Notes: generated from the letters alone by a model not told the origin. DNA of 64,000 bases from a virus (IMGVR_UViG_3300045988_130225:35703-99702); one strand, 5' to 3'; shown: positions 48,456 through 56,627, counted from the first letter of the stretch. Numbers and translations are program-made.

Positions 48456-48660
48456 GTTCTGCTTGTGGTAAAAATAAATTTATATATTGTTTAAAATATC
48501 AACGTACTGAATATGGTAAAAAGATTAGAAAAGATTATGAAAATGGCAAAATAAAAGAAAAACGTTGTAATATGAGAAATTATACAATAAGAGAAGATGA
48601 ATGTTGTAATACTTTAACAACAGTACAGAAAGATAATTATATTATAATAAAAAGAGGTGA
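48413..48660 (+). pseudogene. methyltransferase TRD-like fragment without a start codon
   Basis: Open frame ..RTEYGKKIRKDYENG...YTIREDECCNTLTTVQKDNYII resembles the target-recognition modules of the upstream MTase. Confidence 0.4.
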
Positions 48661-48665
48661 AGCAA

Positions 48666-48992
48666 ATGAAAGTAAAGAAAGTAAAAGGAATATCTGAAAT
48701 GGGATTTTTTGAAATGAGTTTTGATTTTAAATTTGGAGATAAAGTAAAACCTGTAAACCTCTGTCAATATACTCTTGCTATCGACAGTGAAGTATATTTG
48801 CAAAGTATAAGCAACATGAAAATAATCAATGCTAAAAGTCTTATCGCACTTAGCCAGTTTCCTTATTTCCCCACTGAAACTGTAAGACTTATTATTAAAG
48901 ATAACAAGTCAAGTGAAGCAAACAAGGCTTTAGAATATTTTCTAAGTCAGAACACATTTATTGTCAGAAAGCGAGTTGTTCAACATGATTGA
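48666..48992 (+). CDS. HPr-like domain protein lacking the His15 motif
   Basis: ORF 48657..48992; ATG at 48666 after AAGAGGTGA; ..NMKIINAKSLIALSQF.. matches the HPr Ser46 region (N.KS.mg.m). Confidence 0.45.
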   Translation: MKVKKVKGISEMGFFEMSFDFKFGDKVKPVNLCQYTLAIDSEVYLQSISNMKIINAKSLIALSQFPYFPTETVRLIIKDNKSSEANKALEYFLSQNTFIVRKRVVQHD

Positions 48993-49416
48993 TAAATTAA
49001 GAGAAGCAAAAAAAGGTAAACTTACCAAAGAAGAAAACGCAATTAAACAGGTTTCAGCATGTATAAAGGCATGGGAAAATAATGAACCTGCGACACTTAG
49101 CACTGAAACAATGAAAACAATCCTTAAAACTTTAAAAGAGATAAAAGATTTTCGTGACGTTGGCAACGTAAAAACTATAAAAGAATTAAAAAAACTCAGC
49201 CTTAAACGTCAACCTAAAAATCTTAATAAAAAATATTGCGACTACAAAGTTGACGATGAAGAAATCCATTCTTTCTATGGCATCTGCCCCAACTGCGAGC
49301 AACCATTAAATTTCTACTGGCATCAGAAATATTGCGGCAACTGTGGACAAGCCCTTATCTGGCGAAACTTAAAGTCAGTAATAAGCAAGAAAGACCTTGA
49401 CAAAATCATAAAGTGA
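48961..49416 (+). CDS. hypothetical protein with C-terminal zinc ribbon (start uncertain)
   Basis: 151 aa; CPNCE..CGNCG. Confidence 0.45.
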   Translation: MSESELFNMIDKLREAKKGKLTKEENAIKQVSACIKAWENNEPATLSTETMKTILKTLKEIKDFRDVGNVKTIKELKKLSLKRQPKNLNKKYCDYKVDDEEIHSFYGICPNCEQPLNFYWHQKYCGNCGQALIWRNLKSVISKKDLDKIIK

Positions 49417-49432
49417 CACGTTCACATTTTTA

Positions 49433-49475
49433 AACCCCTTAGTAACACAAAGTACAAGGGGTTCTTTTTTATTTT
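49433..49475 (+). terminator. intrinsic terminator
   Basis: AACCCCTT...AAGGGGTT stem followed by CTTTTTTATTTT. Confidence 0.7.
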
Positions 49476-50399
49476 CAACCAAGTTATCACATTCAGAACA
49501 AAATTCCCCTATATCTACTTTCTACGGACTGTTACCACCCTAAATCAGAATAAATCCCCCTAACTCAGAGCACGAGATTTCGCCCTATATTGCAAAACAC
49601 TACATGAAGCCCAAGGGAGTAATTATTTGCAATGTCCTATAAATTGGACACCTAAAACACTAATGAAAATCATTTAAGACTTGAAGCATTGCAATTCGCC
49701 CACTCGAAAACGCCTACGCAAAAACCATTACTTTTCGACTATAGGGGGTCAAGGCACTTTTCGCCAATAGTTCTTTTTAGAACCATTTTTCCGTTATTCA
49801 TAAATTTTAATAACGAACAGTGAAATGACAAAACACCTGTCTTTACAACTGACAAGACAACTGACAAGACATTTCTTAATTTTCCACTATGGTTATGATA
49901 TACCACTCTCCCCTAAATTTAACTACCTGTGGTCACTCTTATATACCGTTACAACTCATTTAAACGCCCCTAGAAACGATTTTAATAGATAAGACGATTA
50001 AGTTATCATACGCAGACTAAAACGCCCACATTTGCCTTGTACTGTTTCATATAAAAAGTGACACCTTATCATGCTCCTAAAACCTCTACAGAAATAATAG
50101 TCAAAATTTAAACCAGTATACCGGTATACGGCGAATGACCCCCTTGTTCCCCAGTATACAATTACCCCCCTCTATCAGATAATATATTATCTATTGTAAA
50201 GAGTAGATGACTAAGAGATAGAACTACAAGAATTATAAGAATAGATAAGAGATAAGAGGATTGAGAACTGGATAATATGTTGGTTATTACATACTCGTAA
50301 ATGTTGCAAAATCCCTATTCTGTGTTATCACCTACACCTATAAAACCACTAGGCATAAAGAGCAAAATGATACACACATTTTCGTCATATATATCTTAA

Positions 50400-50820
50400 A
50401 TACTCTTAGACGATTTACTGTGTGCTATTGTTGTGAGAAATGATATGAAAAGTATAGGTGGTTAAGGTGGTGTGAAAATGGTCTGGGATAGGTATGGGGA
50501 ATTTGGTTATCGTGCGTGTGCGTTATATATAATTATATATAGTGGGAGTTAATAAGTAGGAAACGGTGAAGTGATGAGAGATGAAAAACTAAGGATTGAT
50601 ATGAACATAAGGATTTAGGAATATAGAGGGCAGAAGGATATATAAGGATATATGATATAAGGTGAGAGTGGGCGTGAGTGGGTGCGGAGATAATGATGAT
50701 AGTTGGGATAGAGCAATAGCAATGGGGGATAGGGGGTAACAGGAGCAATAGATAGAGAGATAATTGAAATACTATGAATATTGGGTGAATATTGAGTTGT
50801 GGGAGTGTGCGGTGTATCAG
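50400..50820. repeat. C-depleted (G/A/T) block
   Basis: Manual count, e.g. 50461-50520 has 25 G versus 3 C; recurring GGGATA, GGTATGGGG, GTGCGG, TATAAGG motifs. Confidence 0.8.
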
Positions 50821-50997
50821 CTATTCCGAGTATGCGAAAATCGTATATACGAATTGTCTGAAAATACCCCGGTTATACGTGACTAACAGAATGAGTGTTC
50901 GACTAGCCCAGAGGAGGGGGCGATATACTCTGCCTGCATAGGTTCGGAACGTCAAAAAACATGGCTATAATAAATCATTATAGACACGTTTTGCATG

Positions 50998-51015
50998 TTA
51001 TCAATATATTGATAA
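50998..51015. repeat. perfect 18 bp palindrome in the core between the two skewed blocks
   Basis: TTATCAATATATTGATAA equals its reverse complement. Confidence 0.95.
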
Positions 51016-51149
51016 TACTATACGTTCAAAACTAATGGTTTTTATTGATACTTGAACACTTTTAACGTGATTGATATATTGGAAGTATTATATTATGTTA
51101 AAAAAATGACGTAATAAGAAGGTACTATATATGTGATACCGCATACCAT

Positions 51150-51650
51150 TAGCTAAGTTATCTTCCTTTATGTTTCTTCTTTCCCCTCTTCTCTTCATAC
51201 GCTCTCAATAGTCCGCATGAAACATTGTATATACTTATTATATCTATATTATTCCATCATCCTCTTTCTCCATCTTCCCATATCCTACTATACCATCTTC
51301 CATTCTTTCACCTATCAACCCACTTTCCATCCGTTCATATATCCCACTTATACCAGATCCATTTCAATTCCATTTCCATTTCCACCTGTCATCATTCCCC
51401 ACACTTCCACATCTTACAATTAATCCCATGTCTTATCATATCTCATATCACATCTTCTGTTATCTCATACCACCGCACAACATACCCATACCATCTTACA
51501 TAGTAACAATAACCACATACATAGTATTCAATACTACTTGTAATCTTACTCATATCCCATATCATGTTTTACAATACTATCTCATATCCCTATTAATCCA
51601 CTATGTTAATATGTTACCCATAAACCCATTATCCATATAGGTTAATATAT
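51150..51650. repeat. G-depleted (C/A/T) block
   Basis: Manual count, e.g. 51241-51300 has 0 G versus about 21 C; recurring CCATCTT, CCCATA, TATCCC motifs. Confidence 0.8.
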
Positions 51651-51722
51651 AAATCATAAACCCTATAACATACTATGTTATTGAATTATAACATAATTAT
51701 ATGAGTTGTTGTTATTGATATC

Positions 51723-51808
51723 ATTTTAGGCAATACTTTTATCGCAACGGCTCAATTTTAGTCAATACTTAAAATTTGTACGAAAACTATTGGCATTTTA
51801 GCAATAAT
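51723..51808 (+). repeat. three iteron-like direct repeats ATTTTAG(N)CAATA
   Basis: 51723-51737 ATTTTAGGCAATACT, 51755-51769 ATTTTAGTCAATACT, 51795-51808 ATTTTAGCAATAAT. Confidence 0.7.
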
Positions 51809-52643
51809 GATACATACTAAAACGTTTAATATATATATTATATATGGCACGAAAATGTATGTGTTATTGTTTGAAAAATTGCTACAATTTTCATTATGTT
51901 AGCACAACTCCAATTTTTTGGTTTACATAAGGTGTGAATATTCAGACGCAATTTGAATTTTAGAATAATTTAGCTGTACTTATTAATAAGTGGCGTTTTT
52001 AATAAGTGTATCTAATAATAAATGGCAAGCGATCCAATGCCGGATTTATGTAAATGCCGTTTAAAGCCCTTAGAAGCCGTTTTAAAGCGTTTTAGGGCTT
52101 TCAAAGCATATTTTATCATTAAATGTTTTTCCAATCGAAACTATGTTATGTGGTATTGAAAACTACGTTATTATCTGACAATTTGGCACTCATTAGTGGT
52201 AAGTGCTAATAAGTAAACATATGTGAATTATTGCCATATATGAATAGTAAATAAATGTTTATTAATGGGCTTCTAACATAAAAGCAAAAACACCTATATA
52301 AGCAATGGGGCTTGTATGTATGCTTACTTATATATATGTATATATGCATGGTGTTTTATATGGGACTTGCATATGCTTTTATATAGTAGTCTGCTTTTTT
52401 TGTAAATCCCTTATATATAGGAAGTAATACAATCGAATAGATGTTTTTATGAAAAATGTATAAAAAAATATATGTTTTTTGGTAGTTTTTACCATTGAGT
52501 ATATATATACTTTTTGCTATACTTGCATTATCAAATGAATCAAATCATTTCCATATCGGAAATATTAAGAATATACGTTCTGTATATTCCAAAAAAAATA
52601 AAATTAAACATTAAATCATACATATAAAAGGAGAAGAAAAACA

Positions 52644-52937
52644 ATGAAAAAAATATTAAAAGCAAGTACAAAGAGTGGCGCGCGTTGGATCGTATCCGCA
52701 AAAAAAGAAGAAGGCTATAGACTTTCCGATATTTATGAAAGCTATAGCATAGGCAAAGAAAACGCCTATAACGATTGCTTCAACAAATATGTTTCTGCTG
52801 AAACTTCAAAAAATTTCCGTATTTTTTCTCATAATACTTTTGGTTTTTCTGTAGCTTGGGAGGAAACCATAGAAAATGAAGAATATTTACATATTGAAAC
52901 ACCACAAAACACATATATTGTGGCTTTAAATCAATAA
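52644..52937 (+). CDS. hypothetical protein
   Basis: 97 aa; AAAAGGAGAAG RBS. Confidence 0.6.
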   Translation: MKKILKASTKSGARWIVSAKKEEGYRLSDIYESYSIGKENAYNDCFNKYVSAETSKNFRIFSHNTFGFSVAWEETIENEEYLHIETPQNTYIVALNQ

Positions 52938-52979
52938 ATAGTTTAATTGTCTGAAAAATAAAACAGGAGGATTTATATT

Positions 52980-53246
52980 ATGAGATTGTCAAAAGAAGAA
53001 AGATTAAATTATCAAGAGAAAGAACCAATTTCCGTTTATGGTATATCAAATTTTGGCGGTATAGCCATTATTGATATAATTCATGATGTGGACGAATATA
53101 TTGTGTGGTATGATTCCCAGATTGAATCTTCTGAAAAGCGTAAAATTCATGTTTCAAAGATTTATTATTCTGAAAATGACTGTTATTTTAAACCATACGG
53201 AAGCATGTATATCAAGTTGTCGGAATGTTCACGCATTCTGGCATAA
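52980..53246 (+). CDS. hypothetical protein
   Basis: 88 aa; ACAGGAGGA RBS. Confidence 0.6.
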   Translation: MRLSKEERLNYQEKEPISVYGISNFGGIAIIDIIHDVDEYIVWYDSQIESSEKRKIHVSKIYYSENDCYFKPYGSMYIKLSECSRILA

Positions 53247-53270
53247 AAATATAAAAAAGGAGAAAACAAA

Positions 53271-53423
53271 ATGAAAGAACTGAAAAATATCATAGAAGCA
53301 ATTAATAATTCTGAAAATTGGGCTGATTGCCTAGAAGAATGTGAAAAATTGTGCGAACTTGCTGGACTGTCCGAAGAATGGAACAAGGCAAGCGGAGAAA
53401 GGGAAATTTGCCCCAAAGGGTAA
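53271..53423 (+). CDS. small Cys-containing protein (50 aa)
   Basis: AAAAGGAGAAAACAAA before the ATG; below the ORF-track cutoff. Confidence 0.45.
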   Translation: MKELKNIIEAINNSENWADCLEECEKLCELAGLSEEWNKASGEREICPKG

Positions 53424-53547
53424 TATCGTTTAATTTGAAAAGTCAATTTGAAAATGAAAAGTTTTTTCTTTTTTATTTTTTCTTTTCCTTTATAATAAGG
53501 AAGTCTTTCATTTCTTTTATTTTTTTAATCTTTTTATATTATATCTA

Positions 53548-53576
53548 TTGATTTTTCTTTTCTTTAATGGTATAGT
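53548..53576 (+). promoter_or_regulatory. sigma70-type promoter
   Basis: TTGATT, 17 nt spacer, TGgTATAGT. Confidence 0.5.
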
Positions 53577-53634
53577 GCAACCATAGTAACAAAGTAATAA
53601 ACAGTATAAATAAGTAAATAGGAGGATTTTAAAA

Positions 53635-54111
53635 ATGAGATTAAGAGAAGGAAAGCTTATATCAGAATGGGAAGATGAATATGAAAACAAAGCGTTAATT
53701 GAAGAAGTGGAAATCAAACCACATAAAGAAGCTAAACTGGAAAAGGTATATAGACTTTCTTGTTATGCGGAGTATGATGATAATTTTTGCTATCATATTT
53801 CAATTTTTGATTCCGCAGAAAGTGCGGAAAATCAGCTTAAAGAGTTTAGTTGCGGTAGTTTTAGAAATATTTTGGAAATCATGGTAGAAAATATTCTTGC
53901 AGGTTTTGACGAAAAATTTAAGAACTCAATTTATGAAAGTCGAAAATCTATGAAAAATTTTTTAAAAAAATACAATCGCACTGATAAAGATGAATGTATT
54001 GATAGAATTAAAAAAATTGTAAACGATTTAATTAATCGTTATGAAATAAGTTATGAAGAAGCAATGATATTATTTGATTATATTTGCGGAAAAGAAAAAA
54101 CAAGATATTAA
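53635..54111 (+). CDS. hypothetical protein
   Basis: 158 aa; TAGGAGGA RBS. Confidence 0.6.
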   Translation: MRLREGKLISEWEDEYENKALIEEVEIKPHKEAKLEKVYRLSCYAEYDDNFCYHISIFDSAESAENQLKEFSCGSFRNILEIMVENILAGFDEKFKNSIYESRKSMKNFLKKYNRTDKDECIDRIKKIVNDLINRYEISYEEAMILFDYICGKEKTRY

Positions 54112-54178
54112 TGATATTAAAAAATTCAAATTGCTTTTTATTTTTTAGACTTTGAAAAAATTAAATGTTGTCCAAAAT

Positions 54179-54221
54179 TCAGAAGTTGGATTATTTACAT
54201 GGTTTGACTTCTGATTTTTTT
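54179..54221 (+). terminator. intrinsic terminator
   Basis: TCAGAAGT...ACTTCTGA followed by TTTTTTT. Confidence 0.65.
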
Positions 54222-54278
54222 GTATTTGATAGAGAAAAAATATAAATCAAAAAAATATAAAAAACATAATGAAAAGTA

Positions 54279-54315
54279 TTGACTTATTTATATATATGTG
54301 GTATATTATAACCAT
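54279..54315 (+). promoter_or_regulatory. sigma70 promoter with conserved TGGTATATTATAACCAT box
   Basis: TTGACT, 17 nt spacer, TATATT; the 17-mer at 54299-54315 is identical at 56741 and 57110. Confidence 0.6.
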
Positions 54316-54375
54316 GTTAAACATAACATAGTTATATCAAAACCAAAGATAACAAAAAGAAAAGGAGAATGAATT

Positions 54376-54960
54376 ATGGCAAGTTGTTATAATCTGGACG
54401 GAATCAAGACAAGTTTAAAAATTGAGATTGAGGAAAGAGAAGCAATACTCAAAGCATGGGAAAATGTAACATTCCCAACAAAGAAAAATGGTGAACCATT
54501 TGCAGTAATGAGCAAAAATATCAATGGTGCGACTTATAAAAAAGCAGATTATGGTTTAAGTGCTAACAATGTTGAATTGAAAGTTGTTGCAAACAATAAT
54601 CATAAATGGACAACTGATAGTATTGATTGCTATACGTTAGTTAGATATTTAAAAGATAAAAGCAAAATTGCAAAAACTGAAAATTATATGCCTAAAGAAC
54701 TTTGTTTGGAACAAGTTTATAAGTTTGATTTAGAGGACATTAAAGAAGCTGTAAATAATAGAATTGAATACCTTAAAGGATATGTGGAATCTTTGAAAAA
54801 GCAATTAGAAATTGCAGATAAAGCATATGCAGGTTTCAGAAAAGTATATGAAGATGCAATGGCAGTTCTGGACAATGTGACGGAAACAAAGAAAGATGAA
54901 TACAGCTTTTTAAAATCTAGTATTTTAGATACAATTAAAAATCGTTATCCATATTGCTAA
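54376..54960 (+). CDS. hypothetical protein
   Basis: 194 aa; AAAGGAGAA RBS. Confidence 0.6.
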   Translation: MASCYNLDGIKTSLKIEIEEREAILKAWENVTFPTKKNGEPFAVMSKNINGATYKKADYGLSANNVELKVVANNNHKWTTDSIDCYTLVRYLKDKSKIAKTENYMPKELCLEQVYKFDLEDIKEAVNNRIEYLKGYVESLKKQLEIADKAYAGFRKVYEDAMAVLDNVTETKKDEYSFLKSSILDTIKNRYPYC

Positions 54961-55032
54961 AAATCACAGCGCAGAGGAAAAAGAAAAAATTCCTCTGCCA
55001 TACATAAAAAAATCAGAAGGGAAAAACAGAAA

Positions 55033-55338
55033 ATGGATTTTAAAAACATAACAGTGAAAAGTTATAATCTTACTAACAATCAGATTGTAACAGAAATTAA
55101 AACGATAGGTGATAAAACATTAGCTTATTTTTTCAGTAGTTACGATTCTACTATTTGTAAGTTGGATATTGTAAATAATGTTATTTATGTCCATAAAAAC
55201 TGGAATTATTCAACAACCACAACAAAATGGTTCAATAAATTTCTTTCTATTGTTCTGGAAGAAGAAGTTAAATTTAAACAGCAAAAAGAAATTAAAGCAA
55301 AAAATAATATTTTTACTGTAATAATGCTTGACAAATAG
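55033..55338 (+). CDS. hypothetical protein
   Basis: 101 aa ORF. Confidence 0.5.
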   Translation: MDFKNITVKSYNLTNNQIVTEIKTIGDKTLAYFFSSYDSTICKLDIVNNVIYVHKNWNYSTTTTKWFNKFLSIVLEEEVKFKQQKEIKAKNNIFTVIMLDK

Positions 55339-55356
55339 TAGAAAATGTTATACAAT
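55328..55356 (+). promoter_or_regulatory. sigma70-type promoter
   Basis: TTGACA, 17 nt spacer, TACAAT. Confidence 0.5.
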
Positions 55357-55403
55357 CTATTACAGAAACAAAGAAAAACGCATATAGAAAAGGAGAAAAT
55401 ATT

Positions 55404-56627
55404 ATGTATACAATCGCAAATGCACAGTGGTCATTCAAAAAAATCGCACAGGAGATTAAAAAAGGAAACATTGACTTTAAATGCGGAGGCGTTCAAAGAG
55501 GGGACGTTTGGGATAATGCAAGACGTTCTTTACTTATCCAGTCTGGATTAAAAGGAGATATTATTCCTTGTCTTTATATCCGCAGAAATGGAGAAAATAA
55601 AGATAAATACGAAATGCGTGACGGCAGACAGCGTTGCACAACTTTAGCAAAATTCATTAATGATGGTTTTGTAACTTCTGGTATTCCAGAATATGAAGAT
55701 GGGGATAAATTAGATTATCGTATTTGCAGGAATGGTGAAATGGTATCAGCAAACGGTATTAGTTTTGAAAGTCTTTCAGATGATGAAAAAATGGATTTTC
55801 TTACAAGAAATATTACAGTTTATTATATTGACGGTGCAACGGATGCAGAAGCCGATATGATTTTTTTGAAACTTAACAACGGAAAAGCATTGACTACAGC
55901 AGAAAGAAACAGAGCAGAAGCAAAATCAAGAAGTGAAATCATTGATATTGCTAACCATAATATTTTCAAGTTGATGTTTAGTGAAAAAACGTTAGATAAT
56001 AACGCTTTTGATACCGTTGTAAAATCTTATATCATGTTAAATAATGATAATCCGTCATTGCTTAACAAAGACGTTAAACCGTTGATGAAATCTATTGATA
56101 TTACAGAAGAAGACAAAAAACAGCTTACAGCAGTATTTGATTACATTCTGGAAGTTTATAATCTTTTGGAAACAAAGAAAGTTAAGAAAAGAATCATTGG
56201 AAAGACTAGCTTTTTATCTTTAATTCCAGTTGCAGAACAAGCATTAAATGATGGAAAGATAGCAGAAGAGTTTGCAAGCTTTCTGGATAAATTTTTCTCT
56301 GGAAAGACAACAAAGGAACCAACAATCAGTAAGACTTATAACGATAACTTCTTCGATTCTTCCGCAAGTCGTATGAAGATTAGATTACGCCACAATGCAT
56401 TAATGAATGAATATGAAAAAATGTTCAATGGTGAAACTGAAAATATATATAGCGAAAATGCAGAGGATTTACAGGAGGAGATTGACGAAGCGGAAACAGT
56501 AGAGGATTATATTAGTATTGACGAATTAAGCAAGCCAGATACAGATGAAGAAGTAACAGTAACAGAAGATTCTACACCAGAAGAACATATAGAGGAACAG
56601 CAGACAGAAGATATAGAAGAATTTTAA
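55404..56627 (+). CDS. DUF262 / ParB-Srx-fold protein with long acidic C-terminal tail
   Basis: 407 aa; ..VQRGDVWD.. and MRDGRQRCTTL (DGQQR-type motif); no HNH/DUF1524 half. Confidence 0.6.
   Translation: MYTIANAQWSFKKIAQEIKKGNIDFKCGGVQRGDVWDNARRSLLIQSGLKGDIIPCLYIRRNGENKDKYEMRDGRQRCTTLAKFINDGFVTSGIPEYEDGDKLDYRICRNGEMVSANGISFESLSDDEKMDFLTRNITVYYIDGATDAEADMIFLKLNNGKALTTAERNRAEAKSRSEIIDIANHNIFKLMFSEKTLDNNAFDTVVKSYIMLNNDNPSLLNKDVKPLMKSIDITEEDKKQLTAVFDYILEVYNLLETKKVKKRIIGKTSFLSLIPVAEQALNDGKIAEEFASFLDKFFSGKTTKEPTISKTYNDNFFDSSASRMKIRLRHNALMNEYEKMFNGETENIYSENAEDLQEEIDEAETVEDYISIDELSKPDTDEEVTVTEDSTPEEHIEEQQTEDIEEF

Larger units (their letters stand above)
49476..52643. other. 3.2 kb ORF-free region with blockwise strand asymmetry, palindromes and iteron-like repeats
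   Basis: All three stop codons are frequent in every frame except in the G-free block; no RBS-led ORFs. Confidence 0.8.

Noticed and set aside
51217-51640. Three overlapping plus-strand ORFs (68, 92 and 70 aa) in the G-free block
   Set aside because: They are open only because TAG and TGA cannot occur without G. The translations are H/P/I/S/Y/T low-complexity with no RBS, and all three frames are open at once.
50400-51650. Idea that the C-free and G-free blocks pair into one giant hairpin or inverted repeat
   Set aside because: I reverse-complemented the right block and compared it by eye. Only scattered 7-8-mers are shared (GTGCGGTG, TGGGGAAT, AGTGGGA, GATAGGT) and they are not collinear, so no extended complementarity is supported.
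49476-52643. Alternative genetic code (stop-codon reassignment) hiding genes in the ORF-free region
   Set aside because: Long genes across the window, including the 1554 aa TMP, are intact in the standard code. TAA, TAG and TGA all occur densely in every frame of the region outside the G-free block. No suppressor tRNA was seen; the two tRNAs are Gln-UUG and Met-CAU.
55345-55551. 68 aa plus-strand ORF overlapping the start of the DUF262 gene
   Set aside because: It begins inside the promoter/-10 region, so it would not be fully transcribed. It has no RBS and is out of frame with a well-supported gene.
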